64,000 nucleotides of DNA from Flavobacteriaceae bacterium (lineage in GTDB: Bacteria > Bacteroidota > Bacteroidia > Flavobacteriales > Flavobacteriaceae): the NCBI GenBank assembly GCA_041618535.1, contig JBFKFP010000001.1, positions 33,146 through 97,145 of the forward strand, in the 5' to 3' direction. The first letter of the stretch is position 1. Every line of letters begins with the position of its first letter. Positions 1-8,794 of the stretch are shown here, in pieces. The notes under the pieces were generated by a model. It was not told the origin of the DNA. It did no database searches and worked only from the letters and a program-made list of their open reading frames with translations. Position numbers and translations under genes: made by a program.

Positions 1-371
1 ACGCCTCTCAAAATTACGCTAGGGTCTTATCCATATTGAATACCACCAGCAGGATAAATGCTCAGTTGAAGAAATCAAACCACTTCGGGACACTAACCTG
101 GGATGCTGATGACCCGAAGATAGTTCAGCTCATCGACATTCCAAAGCAAGCTCCTCTTCAAGAAGGAGATACCATAATTACAGGAGGACGTTCAGCCATT
201 TTCCCGAAGGGCATCCCTATCGGGATCGTTCAGCGCTTCGAGTTGGACGAGACGCAGAATTATTACACTGTACATATCGAACTGTTTAATGATATGACTG
301 ATGTGGGGCATGTTCATGTTATCAATAACAAAGAACGGGAAGAGATACAAACACTCGATGACCTGCCATGA
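1..371 (+). CDS. mreC: Rod shape-determining protein MreC, C-terminal part (5' end upstream of window)
   Basis: Frame is open from base 3 to the stop at 371. MreC-like C-terminal sequence (GDTIITGG..FPKGIPIG). It is followed by mreD-mrdA-rodA with ATGA overlaps. Confidence 0.85.
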   Translation, partial: ASQNYARVLSILNTTSRINAQLKKSNHFGTLTWDADDPKIVQLIDIPKQAPLQEGDTIITGGRSAIFPKGIPIGIVQRFELDETQNYYTVHIELFNDMTDVGHVHVINNKEREEIQTLDDLP

Positions 372-871
372 ACAATACCACCCAAAATATAATCCGCTTT
401 ATCTCGTTGGTGCTAATCCAGGTACTTATTCTGAATAACATCAATTTTCTCGGGTATGTTAACCCTTATATTTACATACTTTTTATTCTATTATACCCCA
501 TACAAAACAACAGGCTGCTATTCATTTTCCTGAGTTTCCTCTTGGGTCTGTGTGTCGATATTTTTCTGGATTCAGGTGGGGTTCATGCAGCAGCTTGTGT
601 AACCATTGCCTATCTCAGACCTGTTTTTCTCAAGTTCGCCTTCGGAATGACATACGAACACCAGACGGTAAAGATCGGACATTCTGAGATCGGGCAGAGG
701 ATAACCTACATCAGTACACTCACATTACTTCATCATCTCCTGTTATTTACATTAGAGGTTTTTAACAGTGGAAAAATACTTCTGATTTTGAAAAAGACGT
801 TATTCTCAAGTATCTTTACGGTTATCCTATGTGTTTTAATAACCATACTGTTTAGCCAAAAATCTAAATGA
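368..871 (+). CDS. mreD: Rod shape-determining protein MreD (polytopic membrane protein)
   Basis: 167-aa hydrophobic protein lying between mreC and PBP2. It has 4-nt overlaps on both sides, the canonical position for mreD. Confidence 0.75.
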   Translation: MNNTTQNIIRFISLVLIQVLILNNINFLGYVNPYIYILFILLYPIQNNRLLFIFLSFLLGLCVDIFLDSGGVHAAACVTIAYLRPVFLKFAFGMTYEHQTVKIGHSEIGQRITYISTLTLLHHLLLFTLEVFNSGKILLILKKTLFSSIFTVILCVLITILFSQKSK

Positions 872-2730
872 GACGATTTCTACTGTTTTTTTCGGTATTG
901 CTTGTGGGCTTTATTTTTATCGGGCGACTTTTTTACCTGCAAGTCTACAATACTGAAACCTACACCATAGACGAGGACAACGCTATCCGTAAGGTATTTC
1001 ATTACCCTAAGCGAGGCTATGTCTATGACCGAAAGGGTAAATTGCTGGTGGCGAACCAACCGTCTTATGATGTTATGGTTATTCCAAGGGAAGTTGAACA
1101 GTTGGATACTACCGAGTTCTGCTCCCTTCTTAAAATAGGTAAGGAAGATTTAAAAAAATCATATAATCGGGCTTACCGGTATTCACCGAGGTTCCAATCG
1201 GTTTTCCTGGCTCATTTATCCAAAGAGGATTACGCGGTGCTTTCGGAAAAAATGAGAAAATTCAAGGGCTTTTATATTCAGAAACGATCACTTCGTGATT
1301 ACCAAACCTCTATTGGAGCCAACGTGCTGGGCTTTATTGCAGAAGTTACCCCGAACCAGATCAAGAAAGATCCCTACTATAAGATGGGTGATCTAATAGG
1401 AAAGCAGGGGATCGAACTTTCCTATGAGAATGAATTAAGGGGAACCAAAGGGGTCAAGTATATTCAGAAAGATCGTTTTAACCGTGACATCGGTCCCTTT
1501 AAAGAAGGGTATCACGATATAACCCCTGTACCCGGAAAGGATATTTATGTCACCATAGACGCTGAATTACAGGAATATGGCGAGCGATTAATGCAGAATA
1601 AAAGGGGAGGGATCGTAGCCATTGAGCCATCAACCGGGGAAATCCTGGCATTGGTGTCAGCTCCTACCTATAATCCTAACCTGCTGGTTGGCAGACAGCG
1701 ATCACGGAATTACACAGAACTGTATAATGATACCATAAACAGACCTCTTATTGATCGTGGTCTACTGAGAATGCATGAACCCGGATCTCCCTTTAAGACC
1801 CTGATAGCCCTAACCGCATTGGAAGAGGGTGTAATTGATGAGAATACGACAATAACCTGCAGGGGTGGTTACGTCTACGGAAGAAACAACCGAAAAATGG
1901 GATGCCATTGCGGAAGTGGTGCGAGAAACCTGAATACGGGCATATCCAGGTCCTGCAATTCCTATTTCGCTAACGCCTTCAGAAAAACAATAGAAAAATA
2001 TGATGACGCCCACGAGGCCATGGATATATGGAGTGATCATATCAAGAGCTTCGGTCTGGGAAATTTCCTGGGTTATGATCTTTCAATCGGCAAGAAGGGC
2101 AACATCCCTGACGGAGAATATTATGACAAGTGGTATCCTGATTTTAAGTGGGGTGCCACTACCATCATCTCCAATGCAATTGGCCAGGGAGAGGTTTTGG
2201 TAACACCTATTCAATTGGCTAACATGACGACGGCAATCGCTAATCGCGGGTATTACTACACCCCGCATATTATAAAAAGCATTGAAGGTTCAACAATAGA
2301 CGAAAAATACACCACAAAGCGTGAAACCACTATCGCAAGAGAACATTTTGATCCGGTTGTACAGGGCATGTTCGACGTTTATAACAAAGGAACTGCAAGC
2401 TTTCTGCGGGTTCCGGACATAGAAATATGCGGGAAGACTGGAACCGCCGAAAACTTCACAAAAATTGACGGTGTCAGGACACAGCTTACCGATCATTCTA
2501 TTTTCGTCGCTTTTGCCCCAAAGGACAATCCCCAGATTGCCATGGCGGTTTTCGTCGAGAACGGATATTATGGTGCGAGATGGGCTGGCCGCATCGCCAG
2601 CCTGATGATCGAGAAATATATCAAAGGTGAAGTGAGCCTGAAGTATATGGAAAAAATGGTTCTTGAAAAGAATCTTGAAGAAGAGTATATGAAACCATAC
2701 AGCGGGCAACCGTTTAGCATAAACCAATAA
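868..2730 (+). CDS. mrdA: Penicillin-binding protein 2 (elongasome transpeptidase)
   Basis: 620 aa with an N-terminal TM anchor. Transpeptidase motifs are SPFK (SxxK), SCN (SxN) and KTGTAE (KTG). Sits in the mre/rodA context. Confidence 0.9.
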   Translation: MRRFLLFFSVLLVGFIFIGRLFYLQVYNTETYTIDEDNAIRKVFHYPKRGYVYDRKGKLLVANQPSYDVMVIPREVEQLDTTEFCSLLKIGKEDLKKSYNRAYRYSPRFQSVFLAHLSKEDYAVLSEKMRKFKGFYIQKRSLRDYQTSIGANVLGFIAEVTPNQIKKDPYYKMGDLIGKQGIELSYENELRGTKGVKYIQKDRFNRDIGPFKEGYHDITPVPGKDIYVTIDAELQEYGERLMQNKRGGIVAIEPSTGEILALVSAPTYNPNLLVGRQRSRNYTELYNDTINRPLIDRGLLRMHEPGSPFKTLIALTALEEGVIDENTTITCRGGYVYGRNNRKMGCHCGSGARNLNTGISRSCNSYFANAFRKTIEKYDDAHEAMDIWSDHIKSFGLGNFLGYDLSIGKKGNIPDGEYYDKWYPDFKWGATTIISNAIGQGEVLVTPIQLANMTTAIANRGYYYTPHIIKSIEGSTIDEKYTTKRETTIAREHFDPVVQGMFDVYNKGTASFLRVPDIEICGKTGTAENFTKIDGVRTQLTDHSIFVAFAPKDNPQIAMAVFVENGYYGARWAGRIASLMIEKYIKGEVSLKYMEKMVLEKNLEEEYMKPYSGQPFSINQ

Positions 2731-2732
2731 GG

Positions 2733-4013
2733 ATGAGCCCGGGAAGATCCAAATCGATGCGACTGGATTGGATCAGTATCCTTCTGTTCTCTCTGCTTGT
2801 TGGCTTTGGTTATCTGAACATACTCTCCGCATCATCCTCCGGAGAGATCACCAGTTATTTCGATTTTACGAAACCTTACGGAAAACAGCTGATCTTTATA
2901 ATTTTCAGTCTCGTACTGGTCATTTTAATCCTAGCTCTTGAGGCTAAATTCTATGAGCGGTTTTCCAGCCTTATTTACCTGATTTCCATCGTTTCCCTGC
3001 TCGGCTTATTTATTTTCGGAAAGAACGTGAACGGTGCCACTTCATGGTATGCTTTTGGCGGAATGACCTTTCAGCCCGGTGAATTCGCCAAATTCGCCAC
3101 GGCACTGGCTGTGGCTAAATATATTAGTGATCTTCAAACCAATATACTCGAAATAAAACACCAACTGAGGACCCTGTTGATAATTGTAATTCCTGCATCA
3201 TTGATCTTATTACAGAACGATGCCGGAAGTACCATAGTTTATGGGGCTTTTTTCTTTGTCTTCTTTCGGGAAGGCATACCAAAATTATATCTGATGATCG
3301 CCCTTGCCCTGGCCATTGTCGGCATCTCAACCTTGAAATTCGGCCTGATTTACACGGGCATTGGTTCTTCGCTTTTAATCTTTGGCATGTATTACCTTTT
3401 TGTAAAACGCAGGCGCAGGATTTTGCAGCCAATAAGCATGGTACTGTTCAGCCTGATCGTGGCATTCGGGGTACAATTCTTCTATTCAAGTATTCTGCAA
3501 CCGCATCAGCAGGACAGGATAAGCGTTTGGCTAAGGTTAGAAAAAGATCCGGAAAAGCTCGAAGCCATGAAGCGGGATATATCGTATAATCTGCACGAAT
3601 CTGAAAAAGCCATCAGTAGTGGAGGGTTAACGGGCAAAGGTTTTATGGAGGGCACCAGGACAATCGGGAACTTCGTCCCTGAACAGCACACCGATTACAT
3701 ATTCAGTACCGTAGGGGAAGAATGGGGATTCCTTGGCAGCGCCCTCGTGATAGTCATTTTCGTTCTTCTGATCGTAAGACTTGTATTGCGGGCAGAGATT
3801 CAGAAATCGCAATTCAGCCGTGTCTATGGATATTCAGTAGCTTCTATCCTGTTCGTTCATTTTCTGATAAATATCGGGATGGTCATGGGGTTACTGCCAA
3901 CTATTGGTATACCGCTTCCATTTTTCAGTTATGGTGGTTCTTCATTATGGGGGTTTACAATCCTGTTGTTCATATTTCTGAAGCTGGATGCGAACAGGCT
4001 GAATGAATGGTGA
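2733..4013 (+). CDS. rodA: SEDS-family peptidoglycan polymerase RodA
   Basis: 426-aa polytopic membrane protein with an FtsW/RodA/SpoVE-like C-terminus (GLLPTIGIPLPFFSYGGSS), immediately after mrdA. Confidence 0.9.
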   Translation: MSPGRSKSMRLDWISILLFSLLVGFGYLNILSASSSGEITSYFDFTKPYGKQLIFIIFSLVLVILILALEAKFYERFSSLIYLISIVSLLGLFIFGKNVNGATSWYAFGGMTFQPGEFAKFATALAVAKYISDLQTNILEIKHQLRTLLIIVIPASLILLQNDAGSTIVYGAFFFVFFREGIPKLYLMIALALAIVGISTLKFGLIYTGIGSSLLIFGMYYLFVKRRRRILQPISMVLFSLIVAFGVQFFYSSILQPHQQDRISVWLRLEKDPEKLEAMKRDISYNLHESEKAISSGGLTGKGFMEGTRTIGNFVPEQHTDYIFSTVGEEWGFLGSALVIVIFVLLIVRLVLRAEIQKSQFSRVYGYSVASILFVHFLINIGMVMGLLPTIGIPLPFFSYGGSSLWGFTILLFIFLKLDANRLNEW

Positions 4014-5276
4014 TCAGCCTGCGATTTCCTTTAAGGCAAAAACCAGTTTATCCAATTCCGAAGTAAGGGTAAAAACATTTGGAGTTATTCTGCAACCCTT
4101 CACATTGGCAGAATCTATAGCTACAGTAAAGATCCCATAGTCTTCCAGGAGTTGCCTGGCCAGATCGGCGGGCGGGACTCCCTCAACTCCAACATTGGCA
4201 ATCCCACAGGCCCTCTGAGGGTCGGAGGGTGTATTCAAAATGATCTTGGGATGTTCCCTTACAACTGATGTCCAATAAGTCTGAAGATACCTTAAACGGT
4301 TCTCCTTCCGCTCCGCTCCCAGCAAATTAAGGTAGTCTATCGCGTTCTCAATACTCAGATCATGATAAACGGGATGTGTGCCTGTGTGGTTCAGCCGGGA
4401 GATATCGCCCGGTTCCCTCCTGCTTTCGGCCAGCAGGGGCCAAAGGGTATCAATATGCTCATCCCTTACATATAACAGGCCTGTTCCAAGGGGAACCGCA
4501 AGCCACTTATGTAAACTTGAACCATAATAATCACAATTAAGATCTTCAATCCTGAACTGAAAATGCCCTATACAATGAGCCCCGTCCACCATCACCTTAA
4601 CACCTTTATCATGAGCCATATCACATATCTTTTTTACAGGCAGGATCTGGCCCGTGATATTGATCATATGGCAAACCATGAGAAGTTTGGTGTTCGGACC
4701 TATGGCATCGGCGTACAATTCTACGATCTCCTCGTCAGATTCAGGATGATTCGGAACCGAAACCTCGATAATATCTATTCCAAAGCGATCTGAAACCTGC
4801 CTGAACATATCACGCATCGCTCCATAATCCTGGGCAGCCATAACAGCCTGGTCCCCTGGTTTCCAGTCCTGACCCTTAATGACCATGTCGAGGGATTCGG
4901 TGGTATTTCTTGTTATGATAAGGTTTTCGGAACGACATCCCGCTACGTCGGCCAGTTTTTCAGCCATCCTAGCTTTGTTCTCCCACTGTATCGTTCTCAT
5001 ATAGTAGGATCCCTCATAATTAATTTTTCTGGCATGGTCAATCATGGCGTTCAGAGTGGGAGTTGGTATTATATTGTAATAACCGCTTTCAAGATTGATA
5101 TATTCGGGTTTTAACTTATAATCCCGCCTTATCTTCATCCAGAAATCCTCATTCCCGACAATTTCCTTTATCTCCAATTCTGGAGTGGATTCTAAAAGAT
5201 CTATCAGGGCACTCGAATAAAGGGGTGCAGCCAGTGTTCCCAATGACAGGGTTTTAAGAAATTGCCGTTTTCTCAT
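4014..5276 (-). CDS. Class V (cysteine desulfurase / isopenicillin-N epimerase-like) PLP-dependent enzyme with Tat-like signal peptide
   Basis: 420 aa with the PLP-lysine motif SSLHKW. The N-terminus MRKRQFLKTLSLGTLAAP resembles the Tat consensus (R-R-x-F-L-K) with KR in place of RR. Confidence 0.7.
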   Translation of the reverse strand: MRKRQFLKTLSLGTLAAPLYSSALIDLLESTPELEIKEIVGNEDFWMKIRRDYKLKPEYINLESGYYNIIPTPTLNAMIDHARKINYEGSYYMRTIQWENKARMAEKLADVAGCRSENLIITRNTTESLDMVIKGQDWKPGDQAVMAAQDYGAMRDMFRQVSDRFGIDIIEVSVPNHPESDEEIVELYADAIGPNTKLLMVCHMINITGQILPVKKICDMAHDKGVKVMVDGAHCIGHFQFRIEDLNCDYYGSSLHKWLAVPLGTGLLYVRDEHIDTLWPLLAESRREPGDISRLNHTGTHPVYHDLSIENAIDYLNLLGAERKENRLRYLQTYWTSVVREHPKIILNTPSDPQRACGIANVGVEGVPPADLARQLLEDYGIFTVAIDSANVKGCRITPNVFTLTSELDKLVFALKEIAG

Positions 5277-5433
5277 ACCTATGGTATTTAGCTGTAATAT
5301 AATTATTTTTCAGGTAGAACGGATTTGAATAACCCACTGAAATGACGCGAAACTTTCGTATCTTTATAGTTGGGGCCTTAGCGGACAAAACAAAAGGTTC
5401 TTATTCTACATGCTGCCTTGTTATTAAAATGAT

Positions 5434-5829
5434 ATGATTATGGCAGTCTCACTTCCCTCAGCCAGATTAAGCGCAAGAATAATCGCCTTGATGGCCATAG
5501 CATTCATAAGTTTGTTTGCCCTGGACAGCTTTGGTTCGGGCAAGCCGTTTTGGAATCAGATACTGGCATTTTTAATACACCTGATCCCTTCATTTTTCTT
5601 ATTGATCATCTTTATTATAGCCTGTAAGTGGGAACATATAGGTGGCATCATGTTTATTCTGATAGGCATAGCAAATGCGCCGTGGATTTACAAGAACAAT
5701 TATGCCATGAATCACTCGGCAGGGTTAAGCATACTGATCGTATTAATGCTGCTATCACCCTTCATCATATCGGGGATACTGTTCCTTGTGAGTTATTTCC
5801 GTTCGCGGAAAGCCAGAGGCGCCCTATAA
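5434..5829 (+). CDS. Small integral membrane protein, function unknown
   Basis: 131 aa with about four hydrophobic helices. No recognisable motif. Confidence 0.5.
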   Translation: MIMAVSLPSARLSARIIALMAIAFISLFALDSFGSGKPFWNQILAFLIHLIPSFFLLIIFIIACKWEHIGGIMFILIGIANAPWIYKNNYAMNHSAGLSILIVLMLLSPFIISGILFLVSYFRSRKARGAL

Positions 5830-5830
5830 A

Positions 5831-6169
5831 TCAATTTGATTTCAGGTTGAGTTTCTCAGCAAAGTAGTCGCAGAAATCCTTCATGGTCTCAGTCATCTTC
5901 TCGTCCTGGGTAGCCCTGTTGAAGGTATTTGTCATACTTAAAAGAGTTTGATGAAAGAAGATTTTCATATCATCTACGGGCATATCTTTGGTCCAGAGAT
6001 CGATCCTCAGGGTTTCACGCGACTTTGGGTCCCAGACAGACAACATTACGGCCTTTGCCTCTTCATTGATAATTCCGCCGTCCTCGGCAGACCAGCTCAA
6101 TTGCTCAGGAATACGATTCTCATCCAACTCAACCTTTAATATGATTTCCGATTTGTGTTTTACTGCCAT
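5831..6169 (-). CDS. gldC: Gliding motility protein GldC
   Basis: 112-aa soluble protein. Its start overlaps the gldB stop (TAATG). Size and gldB-gldC arrangement next to nadE match the Flavobacterium pattern. Confidence 0.75.
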   Translation of the reverse strand: MAVKHKSEIILKVELDENRIPEQLSWSAEDGGIINEEAKAVMLSVWDPKSRETLRIDLWTKDMPVDDMKIFFHQTLLSMTNTFNRATQDEKMTETMKDFCDYFAEKLNLKSN

Positions 6170-7125
6170 TATCGTCGTGGTTTAAAACGTGCACTATTAA
6201 ATATTTCATCTGCATCCTTGTTCATCATCTCCCTGAATCCTGTATCGTTATTATCCATATACGACCTTACGATCTGCCAGCCGATATACTGTCCGAGCCT
6301 TCCCGGAGATTCATTGTCCAGTTCGAGATAAAATTTACTGAAAGGGGCAGGATTGAGAAATCGTGGCGCCAATTTAGGATCGGTATCGTAGAGCAGTTCT
6401 TTTTCTACAAAATATCTCCAGATGTTGCTTTCATTTTCCCTGGCCCATTCCAGCTCATTCTTAGAATACCCGATCTTGTTCTCATCCGTGATAAACGGTA
6501 TGACAACATCTTTAAAATAGAGCAGTTTCCCGTGATACACCATGTCTGCAAGAAAGCTTCGCTGCACTGGTGCGGGAACCATCTTCCTTGCATATGCCTC
6601 AGCCAGGTCAGGCACCATCATTTCCCTCCTCAGGTTATCACTTACATATTGCGGTATACCGCTGTAAAACTCATGTTCACTTCCGAGGTAATTATCAAGC
6701 CCTATGAGGGTAATTGAATCGGTGACTATGATCTTGTTTCTATAGTCGACATCTGAAATCACACTGATAACTCGGGGAACCTTGAATCCGGAAAAATAAT
6801 GGATCATATGTTTATAAAAGAGGCGTATGTCATCTATCTCTGGAAAGGACTCAAAGCTTGCCCTAACTTCTTTATGTAATTGCTGCTGGAGGGAGTCGTT
6901 CAAACGTGCCAGGTAGTTTTCCTTTGTGAAATTACTAGAAAACAGGAATGGGTAATCTGCCATCAACCGATCGATATTCTCAGCTCCACCTTCAGAAAAA
7001 TACATGTCGAAGCGCTCGAGTTCGAGTTCTAGCCCGATCTTTTCGATCTCGGGTTTTACTTCTTCCTTATTCACGCAAGATACCAATGAGAAAGAGAGCA
7101 GCATAATCAGAATGAATGAACGCAT
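6169..7125 (-). CDS. gldB: Gliding motility lipoprotein GldB
   Basis: 318 aa with a lipoprotein signal (LSFSLVSC), directly upstream of the gldC-like gene. Confidence 0.75.
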   Translation of the reverse strand: MRSFILIMLLSFSLVSCVNKEEVKPEIEKIGLELELERFDMYFSEGGAENIDRLMADYPFLFSSNFTKENYLARLNDSLQQQLHKEVRASFESFPEIDDIRLFYKHMIHYFSGFKVPRVISVISDVDYRNKIIVTDSITLIGLDNYLGSEHEFYSGIPQYVSDNLRREMMVPDLAEAYARKMVPAPVQRSFLADMVYHGKLLYFKDVVIPFITDENKIGYSKNELEWARENESNIWRYFVEKELLYDTDPKLAPRFLNPAPFSKFYLELDNESPGRLGQYIGWQIVRSYMDNNDTGFREMMNKDADEIFNSARFKPRR

Positions 7126-7241
7126 GAATTCTTCGTTTGAAAATTAATAACGGACTTGACTTTTATTAATTACGCTATTACTTTAATTTTGTTGGCAAAT
7201 ATACCATTCTCTGGTCATTTTATCTGATATAAATAGCACAC

Positions 7242-8030
7242 ATGAAAACTGAAAAAGTAGTCGATCATATCGTCAGCTGGTTAAAAGATTATTGCAATAA
7301 TGCCAAACTGAATGGCTTTGTAGTTGGTGTTTCAGGAGGAATAGATTCTGCGGTGACTTCAGCCCTGTGTGCGCGCACCGGACTTGATGTTCTTTGCCTG
7401 GAGATGCCTATTCACCAATCACCGGCTCAGGTAGGCAGGGCCTTCAGCCATATTGAATGGTTGATGAAAAATCATCCGAATGTCAGGGTAAATACCATTG
7501 AATTGACCCCTGTTTTCGATAGTCTAGTCGATTCATTTCCCAAGGTGGAAATTGAAGAAGAACGATTTATGGCTCTTGCAAATACCAGGGCCCGGCTAAG
7601 AATGACCTCCTTGTATTATTTCGCCGCACTTAATGGATATCTTGTTGCCGGCACGGGCAACAAGGTCGAGGATTTTGGTGTTGGCTTTTTTACCAAATAT
7701 GGCGATGGTGGAGTAGACCTCAGCCCCATCGCAGATCTTTTGAAATCTGAAGTGTATGAGCTGGGCCGATTTTTGGGGATCAACCAGGATATCATGGATG
7801 CCCCTCCCACAGACGGACTTTGGGGTGATAACCGTACCGATGAAGACCAGATAGGCGCCAGCTATGATGAGCTTGAATGGGCTATGGTTATGGACGATCT
7901 GAAGAAAAAAGCCGAAGATTTTGAAGGTCGGGCCAGGGAAGTATTCAAGATTTATAAACGATTGAACACCATAAATAAGCATAAAATGGTGCCTATCCCC
8001 GTATGTGAAATCCCATCGCATTTGAAATAA
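7242..8030 (+). CDS. nadE: NH3-dependent NAD+ synthetase
   Basis: 262 aa with the PP-loop motif SGGIDS. Typical NadE length and C-terminus. Confidence 0.9.
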   Translation: MKTEKVVDHIVSWLKDYCNNAKLNGFVVGVSGGIDSAVTSALCARTGLDVLCLEMPIHQSPAQVGRAFSHIEWLMKNHPNVRVNTIELTPVFDSLVDSFPKVEIEEERFMALANTRARLRMTSLYYFAALNGYLVAGTGNKVEDFGVGFFTKYGDGGVDLSPIADLLKSEVYELGRFLGINQDIMDAPPTDGLWGDNRTDEDQIGASYDELEWAMVMDDLKKKAEDFEGRAREVFKIYKRLNTINKHKMVPIPVCEIPSHLK

Positions 8031-8163
8031 AGTGCGGAAAATCCTTCAAAAAAGTTAGTCCGAGGAATAAAATTTACTAACTTAGTATATCTCCCTAAGA
8101 CAATAAGTGCAATTCAAACCTGTACTTGTGTTAGCGCTCAATGTTAATTAAACCGCCGTTATC

Positions 8164-8793
8164 ATGATCAATGTATTAGTAGCTGACAATCACCCGATCA
8201 TTCGTACGGGCCTTAAAATGCTCTTCGAGTCCTCTCCGGATATCCAGGTCATCGGGAGCGTGACAACCGGTAAAGAATTATTCGATTTTGTTGGCCGAAC
8301 TCATGTTGATGTCGTTCTTTCTGAGATCGACCTCCCCGAATTAAATGGAATAACTGCCCTGAGAACCCTGAAGAAGGAGTATAATGATGTAAAGGTGATA
8401 ATGTTCAGTGCCCATCCGGAAGAAATCTATGCTGTAAGCACCATTAAGGCAGGAGCCTCGGGTTACCTCACTAAAACGGTCAGCACTCAAACCATAAAAG
8501 ACGCTATTCATAAGGTCTACAACGGTGGCATTTACATCAGTAATGAACTGGCTCAGAGGTTGGCCTTCGATGAACGCGGCAACAAACCAAGTAAGCTTTA
8601 CAAAAAACTTTCCATGAGAGAGATAGAAGTGCTGAAGCTGTTATCTTCAGGCCGAAAGAATAAGGAAATAGCTGCTGAACTTGATATTAATGAAAAAACG
8701 GTAAGCACATACAAAGCAAGGTTGATGAAGAAATTGAATGTAACTAATCTCGTTGACCTCATCAACCAGGCCAGACATCTCGACCTGGGTTAA
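8164..8793 (+). CDS. Two-component response regulator, NarL/LuxR family (orphan)
   Basis: N-terminal receiver domain (VLVADNHP.., D in SEIDLPELNG) and a C-terminal LuxR-type HTH (REIEVLKLL..GRKNKEIAAEL..EKTVSTYKARLMKKL). No histidine kinase is adjacent. Confidence 0.85.
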   Translation: MINVLVADNHPIIRTGLKMLFESSPDIQVIGSVTTGKELFDFVGRTHVDVVLSEIDLPELNGITALRTLKKEYNDVKVIMFSAHPEEIYAVSTIKAGASGYLTKTVSTQTIKDAIHKVYNGGIYISNELAQRLAFDERGNKPSKLYKKLSMREIEVLKLLSSGRKNKEIAAELDINEKTVSTYKARLMKKLNVTNLVDLINQARHLDLG

Positions 8794-8794
8794 A

